DNA of 31,380 nucleotides from Bdellovibrionia bacterium (GCA_045805065.1 JBJMMA010000216.1:1-31380); one strand, 5' to 3'. Numbered from the stretch's first letter, positions 1 through 10,705 are shown. The notes: generated by a model from the sequence alone, not told the origin. Program-made: numbers and translations.

Positions 1-924
1 CATGGTGTTCCACATGGCGATCAAGATGCCGCCGAGCAGATCGGTCTGGCGAAACGGAGCAGACGCCGCGCTGCTATGACCGCCATTTGCAATCGCGAAC
101 CAGGTAAGGATCCCAAATGGAATGAGCAAAGCGATTCCCAGCGGAAAGATAATCGACCAGCCCCCCGCTATGACGAGTTTTCCATAGACGATGAATTTCA
201 TTCGCGCATCGTCTTGAATCAAACGAAAGCCCGACAGAATTGCCTCATGAAGCGGAACTCGGTGCTTGGGATGTTTTTGCTCGGGAAGCTCGCGATAAAG
301 GCTTTTTATCGCCAGCGCGGAGACGGCAAACGTCACGGCATCCAGCGTGAAAAACTCGATCATGGGAACAAAACCCGTTAAAAGACCCACTAGCCCGGGC
401 CCGACCGTTCGTGCAAGACGACTTGTCGTGCCCATCAAACCATTAGTGGCCTGCATGAGCTCGCGATCTCGCGCCAGGCGCGGAATCACGGACTGAAGCG
501 CAGGCTCAAAGAAAGCGCTGAATCCCGAAACGGTGAGCGCGACAAAAATCAGAACTCCCATATTGAGAGGCAGGAACTTCACCCAGAAAACAGGTACAAG
601 TACGATCAGACCGCGAATCCAATCCACACTGATCATGGTTTTTCTGGGATCCCATCGATCAGCCCAGACGCCGCCCACAAGTCCTACGATCAGAACGGCA
701 GCAGCTTGTCCCGCGGCAAGATACCCGGCTGACGAGCCGACCATTTTTACAGCCAGCCAGATCAGCGCGACTTTATAAATCTCGTCGCCAATCGCAGAGA
801 AGGCCTCTCCTGCCCAAAGAATGAAGATTGGCCGATGAGAAAGAGTTCTGAACATCGGGAGGCGTTTGATCGATGCTGGCGAGACGGTGCTGAGAGTTGC
901 CACAGCTTCTAAGTTAGCAGACAT
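1..924 (-). CDS. MFS transporter (DHA3/MefA-like, MFS_3 type), 3' end runs off the window
   Basis: Not in the ORF track. Manual translation from ATG 924 (alternative ATG 855): MSANLEAVATLSTVSPASIKRLPMFRTLSHRPIFILWAGEAFSAIGDEIYKVALIWLAV...GGVWADRWDPRKTMISVDWIRG...FFEPALQSVIPRL. It contains MFS motif A (GxxADRxxxR/K) and successive hydrophobic helices. Confidence 0.88.
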   Translation of the reverse strand, partial: MSANLEAVATLSTVSPASIKRLPMFRTLSHRPIFILWAGEAFSAIGDEIYKVALIWLAVKMVGSSAGYLAAGQAAAVLIVGLVGGVWADRWDPRKTMISVDWIRGLIVLVPVFWVKFLPLNMGVLIFVALTVSGFSAFFEPALQSVIPRLARDRELMQATNGLMGTTSRLARTVGPGLVGLLTGFVPMIEFFTLDAVTFAVSALAIKSLYRELPEQKHPKHRVPLHEAILSGFRLIQDDARMKFIVYGKLVIAGGWSIIFPLGIALLIPFGILTWFAIANGGHSSAASAPFRQTDLLGGILIAMWNTM

Positions 925-1008
925 TCAACGCGCTGAAGTAGCGTTTGTTGGATTTTGCTCTCGTTGAAAGCAACGCGACAGCAACCTCGATCGCCAGTCC
1001 TTTGACGC

Positions 1009-1953
1009 TTAACGAACCTGCTCCGAGCACTTCAGATGATTGCGTTCAAAGAGCGATGGGTTCGCATCAAAGAGCTCATGATTATTGGGCGAGCGCTTGA
1101 ACTTTCCGGTGAAACCGTCTTCGGAGCCGGCATCCAGCGTTGAGTCCACGATGATCCACTGATGATCTACATAGGTCTCGTTCCAGGCATGGTAGTACTC
1201 CAGCTTCCTGCAAGCCTGTTCTTTTGAGAGCTTGGGATCCAGCCGGCCAAGCGGACCATAAATGATCTTGGTCCGGATCCCTACGGCGCGAGTCAACGCA
1301 GCGAACAAGTTGGAATACCCTTCACAGACTGCAAGCTTTGCAGAGAGCACAAAAGACGCGTCCTGCCTCTTCTGAATAAATTGCCCCGTTTTGACGCCGT
1401 TCACGTCGTAAGTGATCTCTCGCGTGATCCAGTCATGAATGGCACGTGCCTTCTCGCGATCAGTTCTCAATCCCCTTGTGAGCTTTCGGGCAAGTTTGAT
1501 GATTGCAGGATCGCTGACCTGTATATTCGCTGATCCCAGAAGAAACGAAACATCACGTTCATCATCATTATGAACCTTGAGGGAAGCCAGTTGATGGTAT
1601 CCCGCGATCAGGTTTCGATCTTCGTTATTTGAAACATAAAGAGAGACCTCGTAGTTCCCGACTCCTTGCTGCAAATACAGCGTGGGAATCTGCGCCCCTG
1701 ATTGCACCTGAACCGTGTCGACGACTCTCTCCTCACCTTCTTTCTGGATCGCAACCGTCATCCAATGCGCGCCTTCTGGAAGGTTGCCAGAAATGAACAC
1801 GGAACTGTCTGAAGTAGTCTGCGTCTCAGCTAGCGGCGAAGTAGTCTCAGCAAGTGCGGAAGCAGATTGAAGAACGAAGGCGAGAACCAAGAATCCGACC
1901 TGAATGATGCTTCCAAAACGCGCCTTCGTTGCAATCACTGCGATAGCCTCCAC
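1009..1953 (-). CDS. Secreted transglutaminase-like (Transglut_core) cysteine enzyme
   Basis: Triad-type motifs AVCEGYSNLFAALTRAVGI (Cys), YHAWNE (His) and WIIVDST (Asp), preceded by EKARAIHDWI. N-terminal hydrophobic signal ends SASALA. The GTG start is uncertain. Confidence 0.85.
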   Translation of the reverse strand: MEAIAVIATKARFGSIIQVGFLVLAFVLQSASALAETTSPLAETQTTSDSSVFISGNLPEGAHWMTVAIQKEGEERVVDTVQVQSGAQIPTLYLQQGVGNYEVSLYVSNNEDRNLIAGYHQLASLKVHNDDERDVSFLLGSANIQVSDPAIIKLARKLTRGLRTDREKARAIHDWITREITYDVNGVKTGQFIQKRQDASFVLSAKLAVCEGYSNLFAALTRAVGIRTKIIYGPLGRLDPKLSKEQACRKLEYYHAWNETYVDHQWIIVDSTLDAGSEDGFTGKFKRSPNNHELFDANPSLFERNHLKCSEQVR

Positions 1954-2133
1954 AAAGCCGCGCTGAATTTATATTACTAGAGCGTTTTTGTATAGTATTT
2001 TATATCTAATTTATTTAGTTAGTAAACTTCAATGGTTGCTGCCGTTGAGACCTTATGACGAGATTGTTAAGGCTAAGTTAATTAAAATCGTAACTAAATG
2101 ATTTAATTGCATTCTTTTACCTGCAAAAACTTA

Positions 2134-2166
2134 TTAAGTTTTGAACTTTTAGCCGATAATAGAATT
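2134..2166 (+). promoter_or_regulatory. Sigma28 (FliA)-type promoter of fibre gene 1
   Basis: TTAAGTTT (2134-2141) and GCCGATAA (2152-2159) versus the consensus TAAAGTTT...GCCGATAA. Lies in an AT-rich intergenic region about 55 nt upstream of the ATG. Confidence 0.7.
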
Positions 2167-2215
2167 GTGACTTGTCTGACTGGTTTAGTCAGACGTGTTC
2201 ATCGAGGGGACCTTT

Positions 2216-3496
2216 ATGAAGGTAGGATTTTTAAAAAAGAGCCATGCAATGAAATTGAGCTCAGCGCTGGCCTTGAGTCTCTTCATCGGGACAAGCCTTT
2301 CTCCAACCCCGGCTTATGCGTTTGCTGAAAACGCGCAAACCTTTACTTACCAGGGACAGCTCATGGATAACACGGGCTCAGCCCCCCTGCTTGATGCCAG
2401 CGTGGTCATGATCCTGACCATCTACAATCCTGCGAAGGATTGCCTTCTTTACGAAGAAACCCAAACGATCAACACCTCAACGACGAACGGAATGTTCTCC
2501 GTTCAAGTCGGACAAGGCACAACCTCAGGCGGAAAACGCACCGCGAACGATCCAGGTTTGAGAATGGCAACCGTCTTCAGAAACGATGGTTCGCAAGTGC
2601 GTGCAGCAGGCACGAACTGTACGTCTGGCTACACCGCAAGCGCAGGCGATAAACGCCTGATGCAGGTCAAGCTCACTCCAAGCACGACGGCTACGCAAGT
2701 AACGCTATCTCCTGACGAGACGATCGACTCCGTTCCACAAGCCTGGTCAGCTGAAACACTGCAAGGCATCCCGCTCGGGAACTTCATTCAGCTCTCAGGA
2801 TCTGATGCCGTGATCCCTACCGGTAACGGCATTAAAGTGAATGGCTCAGAAGTGATCGATTCCAGCGGCAACTGGGTAGGACCAAGCTCTGGTCTTGTCG
2901 GCCCGACAGGCGCTGCGGGCGCCGCAGGTGCAACAGGTCCAACAGGTGCTGCGGGCGCGGCGGGCGCTACAGGCCCAGCGGGACCAACCGGCCCGCAAGG
3001 ACCAACGGGTCCTGCCGGCTCTAACGGCACCAGTGGAACCAACGGTGCGACGGGTGCCACGGGCGCTACGGGCCCAACAGGATTGACTGGTCCAACGGGC
3101 GCAAGTCCATGGGTACTCTCCGGCTCCGACACTTACTACACGGGTGGCAACGTTGGCATCGGAACCACGGGTCCAGCAGTCGCAATGGACGTTCAAGGCC
3201 AGATCCGCTCTCGCATCACTGATGTGACCGGAGCAACTACCATTGACTGGAACAGCGGCAACATCCAGCACACCAGCGACAGTTGCCAGGCTTACACCTT
3301 CAACAATCTGGTCGACGGCGCGTCATACACATTTGTTGTAAAAGGAGCGACTTCGGCTCAGTGTACGTTCACGGCCTCAGGACTGACCTTTCACTTCACG
3401 CCCACGAACGCGCCGACCAATGCAAGCACGCATACGGTTTACACGTTCTTCAGAGCGGGCAGCGACGTCTACGTGTCTTGGACGACCGGCCTCTAA
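2216..3496 (+). CDS. Secreted collagen-like trimeric fibre/adhesin 1 (Bdellovibrio MAT-like N-domain, 24 Gly-X-Y triplets, tail-fibre-like head)
   Basis: ATG 2216 follows GAGGGG. Signal peptide ends AYAFA. N-domain TFTYQGQL...CLLYEETQ...GMFSVQVG, collagen stalk, GNVGIGT repeat, C-terminal head [10 protein letters not shown]...[10 protein letters not shown]...VYVSW. Confidence 0.85.
   Translation: MKVGFLKKSHAMKLSSALALSLFIGTSLSPTPAYAFAENAQTFTYQGQLMDNTGSAPLLDASVVMILTIYNPAKDCLLYEETQTINTSTTNGMFSVQVGQGTTSGGKRTANDPGLRMATVFRNDGSQVRAAGTNCTSGYTASAGDKRLMQVKLTPSTTATQVTLSPDETIDSVPQAWSAETLQGIPLGNFIQLSGSDAVIPTGNGIKVNGSEVIDSSGNWVGPSSGLVGPTGAAGAAGATGPTGAAGAAGATGPAGPTGPQGPTGPAGSNGTSGTNGATGATGATGPTGLTGPTGASPWVLSGSDTYYTGGNVGIGTTGPAVAMDVQGQIRSRITDVTGATTIDWNSGNIQHTSDSCQAYTFNNLVDGASYTFVVKGATSAQCTFTASGLTFHFTPTNAPTNASTHTVYTFFRAGSDVYVSWTTGL
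2891..3106 (+). repeat. Collagen-like (Gly-X-Y)24 coding repeat
   Basis: Uninterrupted GLV-GPT-GAA...GPT-GAS. 12 of 24 triplets have Thr at Y, and there are no charged residues. Confidence 0.95.
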
Positions 3497-3525
3497 GAGG
3501 CCTAAATATTCCATGCCAAATCTCC

Positions 3526-3554
3526 TTGCCTGAGGGTGCCGGCTCATAGACAAT
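3526..3554 (+). promoter_or_regulatory. Putative sigma70 promoter for the ABC cassette (near-leaderless transcript)
   Basis: TTGCCT-N17-GACAAT ends 8 nt before ATG 3563, which has no Shine-Dalgarno. Confidence 0.4.
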
Positions 3555-3562
3555 TCCCCTAT

Positions 3563-4309
3563 ATGAGCACGCCTATTTTTCAGGTCAAAGACCTGAGGTT
3601 TGACTATTCATTGGGTGGACAAAACGTACCTGCTCTTCGAGGCGTCTCCCTCTCAATTGATAAGAAAGAACTTGTTTGCCTGACGGGTCCTTCGGGCTCC
3701 GGAAAGACAACTCTTCTGAACGTCCTCGGACTGATCGAGCCCATACAAAAAGGCGATATCGTTTTCGCGGGCAAATCCTATCAAGGCATCAGCGAATCCG
3801 AGAAGAACAAGATCCGTCGTTATCAGATCGGTTTCATCTTTCAATCCTTTCAGCTCTTCCCCGTCCTCACGGCAGAAGAAAACGTTGAGTACTTCCTGGC
3901 GCGGCAAGGACTCGCCAAAGACGAACGCAAAAACCGCGTAGAAGAAGCCCTGCGGGCAGTTGGACTTTGGGAAAAGCATCGCAATAAAAAACCTCTTGAA
4001 ATGAGCGGTGGCCAGCGCCAACGCGTAGCCGTTGCGCGCGCGATCGCCAAGAAGCCTGAAGTCATCATTGCGGATGAGCCTACGGCAAGTCTGGACCAGA
4101 AGACCGGGCGCGAACTGATGGAACTTTTCACGGAACTCAATCGAAACATCGGCGCGACGTTTATTGTCTCAAGCCATGACCCGATGGTCCGGGAGTTTCT
4201 GCCTCGTCAGATTCATCTGCTCGATGGCCAGCTCACCGATGAATTCACTGCTGAGAAATCCGCAAAAGCCCATGCTCTTATGACAGAGACGGCGGAGACC
4301 GTAACATGA
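3563..4309 (+). CDS. ABC transporter ATP-binding protein, LolD/MacB family
   Basis: Walker A GPSGSGKTT, IGFIFQSFQL, signature MSGGQRQRVAVARA, Walker B IIADEPTASLD, H-loop SSHD. ATG 3563 preferred over GTG 3536. Confidence 0.95.
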   Translation: MSTPIFQVKDLRFDYSLGGQNVPALRGVSLSIDKKELVCLTGPSGSGKTTLLNVLGLIEPIQKGDIVFAGKSYQGISESEKNKIRRYQIGFIFQSFQLFPVLTAEENVEYFLARQGLAKDERKNRVEEALRAVGLWEKHRNKKPLEMSGGQRQRVAVARAIAKKPEVIIADEPTASLDQKTGRELMELFTELNRNIGATFIVSSHDPMVREFLPRQIHLLDGQLTDEFTAEKSAKAHALMTETAETVT

Positions 4310-5511
4310 TCCTGAAACTTGCAGCTCGCAATCTCCTGCGCAACCCTCGCCGAACGACTGCCATTCTTCTAACCGTTGCGATGGGATCGTCCTCGCTTTT
4401 CATCTTCAACGGCTTCAACAAGAGCCTGTTGGATAGTTACCGGGAGAACACGCTTCGCTCCCGCTACGGAAACGGCCAGATCAACACAGCAGGCTATCGC
4501 GACAAGACCTATGAAAAGCCTTGGGAACACTGGATGACAGACACCAAGCCTCTTCAGGAAAGACTCCTAAAAATCCCGGGTCTCGATTACGTCTTTCCAC
4601 GTATTCATTTCTACGCATTACTGACCAATGGCAAAATCAATGTCGCCGGCACGGGTGAAGGCATCGATGCCATGCAGGAGTCCAAGTTCTTTACCAGTCT
4701 GAACATCGAGGAAGGCAAAAACCTCGAATCAGAACCTGATGGGATCATCATCGGGAAGGGGCTTGCACACTCGCTGGACGCGAAGGTTGGCGACCGAGTC
4801 ACTGTTCTTACCACCACGGTCAATGGCTCAATGAACGGCGCCGATTTCACCGTGACTGGCATTTTCCACACTGGAAACGCGGAATTCGACAATGCCGTCT
4901 TCAGAATTCCACTCAAGCAAGCCCAGACCTTGCTGGATACGGACCGAATCGAGACCATGGCACTAGGATTCGGACCCGATCTCGAATTCCCTGAAGTTGC
5001 GAAAGTCGTTCAAAACGAGTTCAAGGAACTTGAAGCCACTCCATTTGAGATCCTGGACAAGATCTTTTATCAAAACTCAGTCGACTGGCTCGACTCTCAA
5101 TTCAACATCATCCAGACGATCATCCTTTCGATCGTCGTTCTGGGAATTTTCAACACGGTTTCCAGCGGTATCCTGGAAAGAAAACAGGAGATCGGAAATC
5201 TTCGCGCCAACGGCGAGTCTTCAAACGATGTTCTTGCTCTTCTCGTCGCCGAAGGGACAGTAATGGGCCTTCTAGGAGCTGCCTTAGGGCTTGCTTTTGC
5301 TTTGATCGTAAACAAAATCATTATCCGCGATGGGATCCTTATGCCCCCTGCCCCAGGCATCACTCGCACATTCGTTGTTCCCATCATGTTCACGGCGAAA
5401 GCCGGGCTGAAGTCCTTTGGTTGGGCCGCATTCACCGCCATCATCGGAACCACGCTTGCGGCGCTGAAGGCCGTGCGCATTACCATCGCCGAAGCTCTTC
5501 GTTCGACATAA
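4306..5511 (+). CDS. ABC transporter permease, FtsX/LolE/MacB (type VII) family
   Basis: LAARNLLRNPRRT N-terminus, TM1, large periplasmic domain, ERKQEIGNLRANG coupling motif and three further TMs. ATGA overlap with the ATPase gene. Confidence 0.93.
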   Translation: MILKLAARNLLRNPRRTTAILLTVAMGSSSLFIFNGFNKSLLDSYRENTLRSRYGNGQINTAGYRDKTYEKPWEHWMTDTKPLQERLLKIPGLDYVFPRIHFYALLTNGKINVAGTGEGIDAMQESKFFTSLNIEEGKNLESEPDGIIIGKGLAHSLDAKVGDRVTVLTTTVNGSMNGADFTVTGIFHTGNAEFDNAVFRIPLKQAQTLLDTDRIETMALGFGPDLEFPEVAKVVQNEFKELEATPFEILDKIFYQNSVDWLDSQFNIIQTIILSIVVLGIFNTVSSGILERKQEIGNLRANGESSNDVLALLVAEGTVMGLLGAALGLAFALIVNKIIIRDGILMPPAPGITRTFVVPIMFTAKAGLKSFGWAAFTAIIGTTLAALKAVRITIAEALRST

Positions 5512-5541
5512 GACCACTTGAGGCCACTTAAGGAGACGCTC

Positions 5542-6246
5542 ATGAAACACACGACCCTCGCCCTTTCCCTGCTTTTTGCTGCGCATGCCTTTGCTGCCGA
5601 ATCGCCGGATTCGATCATCAAAAAAGTCGATGATATTCGAAATCCTGCTGAAAGCTTTTTCATGAAAGTTGAAATTCATGACGTAGCCACTCCAAAGTCC
5701 CAATACATTTATGATGTATCACTTAATGGCAATACCAAGACCTTGGTCAAAACGATTGAGCCAGCCCGCGAACAAGGCCGCAACTTCCTGATGCTTGAAG
5801 AAGACATGTGGGCCTTTCTTCCAAATCTTGGCCGGGCCGTCCGCGTGAGCCTGAGCCAGAAACTCACGGGCCAAGCCGCAAATGGCGACATCAGCCGCAT
5901 GCGCTGGAGCGGCGATTACACGCCTACAATTGAAAAAGAAACACCTAAGGAATGGGTGCTCTTCTTGACCGCAAACAAAAAAGGACTGACCTACGAAAAG
6001 GTCCGCGTCTGGGTGGATAAGAGCAATTATCACCCAACTCATGCCGAGTTCCTTGCCGCATCCGGCAAACCCCTCAAGAACGCCATCTATCAAGGCTATA
6101 AGACGATGAGCGGAAAAGTGCGTCCTACGCAAATGATCATTCAGGACGCCAATCGTACAAGCGATCAATCGCAGATCACGATCCTCAACATGACTCCGAA
6201 GTCCTTCCCGGCTTCACTCTTCAATCCAAAGAGCATGGAAGAATAA
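5542..6246 (+). CDS. Periplasmic LolA-like ('outer membrane lipoprotein-sorting') protein
   Basis: AGGAG RBS at 5531-5535. Signal peptide ends AHAFA. Motifs PAREQGRNFLM, DMWAFLP...VRVS, GQAANGDI, TYEKVRVWVDK and FPASLFNP are typical of LolA-fold partners of such ABC cassettes. Confidence 0.85.
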   Translation: MKHTTLALSLLFAAHAFAAESPDSIIKKVDDIRNPAESFFMKVEIHDVATPKSQYIYDVSLNGNTKTLVKTIEPAREQGRNFLMLEEDMWAFLPNLGRAVRVSLSQKLTGQAANGDISRMRWSGDYTPTIEKETPKEWVLFLTANKKGLTYEKVRVWVDKSNYHPTHAEFLAASGKPLKNAIYQGYKTMSGKVRPTQMIIQDANRTSDQSQITILNMTPKSFPASLFNPKSMEE

Positions 6247-6271
6247 GACCCCTTAAATTCGACATTTACTG

Positions 6272-6305
6272 AAAAGGCACTTCGCCCGAGCGAGGTGCCT
6301 TTTTT
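6272..6305 (+). terminator. Rho-independent terminator
   Basis: AAAAGGCACTTCGC-CCGA-GCGAGGTGCCTTTTTT: an 11-bp stem with one G-U pair and a U-tract, directly after the LolA-like gene. Confidence 0.88.
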
Positions 6306-6449
6306 ATTTAGTGGAAGTTGAACCCCTCTTAAAATCGATCTAATCCAGTATTCCTTTTTAAATAGTTAATATTTCATCCGAATTTCTTCAACTATCTGTT
6401 TTTGCGGGCTTTTATGGCTCCCCAAAAATTAGAATCTTTTCAAAATTTG

Positions 6450-6464
6450 GCCGATAATAGAATT
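6450..6464 (+). promoter_or_regulatory. Sigma28-type -10 element of fibre gene 2
   Basis: GCCGATAATAGAATT is identical to 2152-2166. The -35 is poor (AGAA/GAAT). Confidence 0.62.
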
Positions 6465-6538
6465 AGGCAAAACAAGAAATATTACTCAACTTTGACCTTC
6501 CTCTCACCTTGAACGTTTGCTGACAGAGGCGGATCGAT

Positions 6539-8185
<1,647 letters not shown>

Positions 8186-8186
8186 T

Positions 8187-9089
8187 TTAGCTAGGAAAGA
8201 TGGATTTGAGCGCGTTCTTCAGCTCAACAATACCTCGGTTGGCTTTGTAAGCGGTTCTATAAATCAGATAGAAGCGCAGAGGCGAAAGACTGGAGTGAGG
8301 CACAGGCTGCATGAGAACGGATTTCGGAAGCCCCTGAACAAAGGACTTCGGAAAGACGCCATACCCCACGCCATTAACGAGAAAGCTTTTGAGCGTGTTC
8401 CAATTCTCGCAGATGGCAGACGTAAAAACCTTTTCCTTTGCCACGCCATAAGTGGAGAGCCAGTCATTTAGAAGCCTGGACTCATGTCCGTAACTGAGCG
8501 CTGGAACTTTCGAGATAAATTGCTCGATGGAGCGCTTGTTGTATTCAGGCAACTTCCCCCCAACCTCAGATAGCTGACTCTTATGGCAGCAGAGCATGAA
8601 TTCATCCTCGTAAAGAGGCACGGAGATGAATTGCGTGCTCATCGGTCTTTGATGCGTGATCGCAGCATCAATCGTCAGATCCACAAGGCCTCGATTGACC
8701 TCCAGGCTGTTCATGAGCCTGAGATCCAGCGGCGCCTTGATCTTCAGATGCGGCACGATCTTATCGTACACCTCAAGACGTGCTCCCACGCGGATGGGCT
8801 GGAACACTTCAAGATCCTTCTCCAGATGAAAACGCTGAAGCTGCGAAGGGAGATCCTCAAATACTTTGGATACGAGACGGAGGAGCTCCTGCCCCCGAGA
8901 CGTGATGACCAGCCTCTTGCCCTGGTATTCAAACAATAGATAACCATGTTGGCTTTGAAGCCTTTTGAGCCTGAGCGATACGGTGGCTTGCGAGACACCC
9001 AGTTTTCTTGCAGCTTCAAGCAGCGTTCTGGATTCGCCCAGTGCGGTTAAAGTCACATAGAGTTCCAGATCGTTTAATATTTTAAACAT
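8187..9089 (-). CDS. LysR-family transcriptional regulator
   Basis: N-terminal HTH TLLEAARKLGVSQATVSLRLKRLQ...LF...KRLVITSRG, about 300 aa, substrate-binding domain with V.NGVGYGVFP. ATG 9089 preferred over TTG 9098. Confidence 0.92.
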   Translation of the reverse strand: MFKILNDLELYVTLTALGESRTLLEAARKLGVSQATVSLRLKRLQSQHGYLLFEYQGKRLVITSRGQELLRLVSKVFEDLPSQLQRFHLEKDLEVFQPIRVGARLEVYDKIVPHLKIKAPLDLRLMNSLEVNRGLVDLTIDAAITHQRPMSTQFISVPLYEDEFMLCCHKSQLSEVGGKLPEYNKRSIEQFISKVPALSYGHESRLLNDWLSTYGVAKEKVFTSAICENWNTLKSFLVNGVGYGVFPKSFVQGLPKSVLMQPVPHSSLSPLRFYLIYRTAYKANRGIVELKNALKSIFPS

Positions 9090-9167
9090 ACCCTTCAATT
9101 ATATCGCATTTTCTAATGAATGGAACCTCGGTATGACATGCTCAACTTTTGAACCCCTGAGGATTTT

Positions 9168-9566
9168 ATGACTACTTCCAAGTGCTTCAAACTCTTGTCG
9201 ATTTCTGCGCTTCTGATCGCTGCAGGCGCAAGCCCTTCCGCTCAAGCCGCGCAAGATCTCGTGCTTCAGAAAGGTGAAAGCGTGAAGATCGCCTGCGAGG
9301 CGGGTGCGGCGCTTGTCTTGAAAGGCAACACCGTTCAATGCGCGCGGATCTGCAAGCTTGAAACTTGGACTTATTACGGCTCCGGCGGCTGCGATCAGGG
9401 CGGATGCTGGGACAACACGCCAACGGGCTATGGCGTAAGACTGACCCAAGCTGGGAGTGAGTCCGTCCTTTTCCAGGGTTCTTTTGAAGTTTCTGACCGT
9501 GCATCTCTTGTCCGCGACCTGCAAGGCCGGTTCGGCAAGAGCTGCGACGTGATCCAAGCTAACTGA
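9168..9566 (+). CDS. Small secreted Cys-rich hypothetical protein
   Basis: GAGGA RBS, signal peptide ending SAQA, 6 Cys in the mature chain. Divergent from the LysR gene and followed by a terminator. Confidence 0.75.
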   Translation: MTTSKCFKLLSISALLIAAGASPSAQAAQDLVLQKGESVKIACEAGAALVLKGNTVQCARICKLETWTYYGSGGCDQGGCWDNTPTGYGVRLTQAGSESVLFQGSFEVSDRASLVRDLQGRFGKSCDVIQAN

Positions 9567-9599
9567 GCGGAGCGAGTAGAGTTCAACTGGTTTACGCTC

Positions 9600-9637
9600 A
9601 AAGGGGCCGCGCTTCATGATGAAGCGACGGCCCTTTT
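9600..9637. terminator. Probable bidirectional terminator
   Basis: AAAGGGGCCGCGCTTCA-TGA-TGAAGCGACGGCCCTTTT: a long stem with one bulge between convergent genes. Confidence 0.8.
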
Positions 9638-9658
9638 CGTTTCGTGCGATCTTTTTCT

Positions 9659-10705
9659 CTAGGCGGCGCGATCGCGTTTGATCTCAGGCTTTCCGGCATT
9701 GATCGATGGAACGTAAACCAAGAGATAGAGCGTTCGAGCCACGGCAAGGGTGGGCGGCGCGATCAAGACGCCTAAGATCCCAAACCAGTTCCCAAAAATC
9801 AGCATCAGTGTGAGCAGATGCACCGGCGGCAGATCGACCTGCCCTTTCATCACCATCGGAACAACCAGATTGGATTCGATATGCTCCACAATCACAAAGT
9901 TCACGACGACCCAGAGCGCTTTTGATGGATCAGATCCCAAAGCGATCAGAACGGCACAAACCGCTGCAATCGTCGGCCCGACAAAGGGAATGATATCGAG
10001 CACCGCCGTCAATGCACCCAGGACCGCCCAGTAAGGCATTCCAATGATCAGAAATCCGATCGACGCGCAGACACCCACGCAACTCATGGCAATCAGCTGT
10101 GCAACAAACCAGCGCCTGAGCGCTGTTGCCGATTCTCCCATCAAAAACCTCGCGCGTGCATGCGAGGTTTTTGGAAAGAGTGAAAGCAAGGAATCAACAT
10201 AGCGCTCGCGCGATGAGGAAATATAAAGCGACACAGCAATGATGAAGATCAAACCTGTAATCGCTTCAATCCCCCCTCGGATACTCTGACCAAGAGCGCC
10301 GACCAACGTCTGTGCGTTTCCACCAAAATTTACTTTTCGGAGATTGTCGCTGATGGACGGAAATCGATTAAAGAGGTCTGCCAGGCGGCGGCTAGCCTCT
10401 GCCGAAAGCTCAGGAAAATGCGACGCAAGCTGGGAGACCTGGCTCCAAAGAAGCGAATAAACCAGAAATCCCACTCCCCCAATCACCGCCGCCCAGACCA
10501 GAAGGAAAAGCACAGCCCCAACGGAGCGAGGGATTCGCAACTTTCTGTGCATGGCATCGAGCGCAGGCGAGATGAGAACACCGACCCCGATTCCAATGGC
10601 GGTGACCAGCAACGGGAGCTTTGCAAAAAAGATCGCTGCGATCAGAAGCAAAGAAAACAGGGTCATGACAATGATGCCAGCAGCTCTTTTATAAATTGAA
10701 TCCAA
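9659..10705 (-). CDS. AI-2E (PerM) family transporter
   Basis: Multiple TMs, LDIIPFVGP, IESNLVVPMVM and LPPV...FGILGVLIAPP motifs. TTG start after GGAGGG. Confidence 0.9.
   Translation of the reverse strand: MDSIYKRAAGIIVMTLFSLLLIAAIFFAKLPLLVTAIGIGVGVLISPALDAMHRKLRIPRSVGAVLFLLVWAAVIGGVGFLVYSLLWSQVSQLASHFPELSAEASRRLADLFNRFPSISDNLRKVNFGGNAQTLVGALGQSIRGGIEAITGLIFIIAVSLYISSSRERYVDSLLSLFPKTSHARARFLMGESATALRRWFVAQLIAMSCVGVCASIGFLIIGMPYWAVLGALTAVLDIIPFVGPTIAAVCAVLIALGSDPSKALWVVVNFVIVEHIESNLVVPMVMKGQVDLPPVHLLTLMLIFGNWFGILGVLIAPPTLAVARTLYLLVYVPSINAGKPEIKRDRAA

Noticed and set aside
76..778. Plus-strand ORFs 76-381 and 533-778
   Set aside because: Antisense shadows of the minus-strand MFS gene that the ORF track missed because it runs off the window.
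2013..2099. 9-bp inverted repeat ATTTAGTTA / TAACTAAAT as an invertible switch
   Set aside because: Short, in a very AT-rich tract where chance matches are likely, does not enclose the sigma28 box, and no recombinase is nearby.
3563..6246. Naming the cassette lolD/lolE/lolA or macAB
   Set aside because: Family-level similarity only. There is no MacA adaptor or TolC, and the LolA-like protein is of the longer 'lipoprotein-sorting' type, so orthology cannot be shown by eye.
9099..9617. 172-aa minus-strand ORF upstream of LysR
   Set aside because: Antisense to the 9168-9566 gene, which has an RBS, signal peptide and terminator. Its start lies inside the terminator hairpin.
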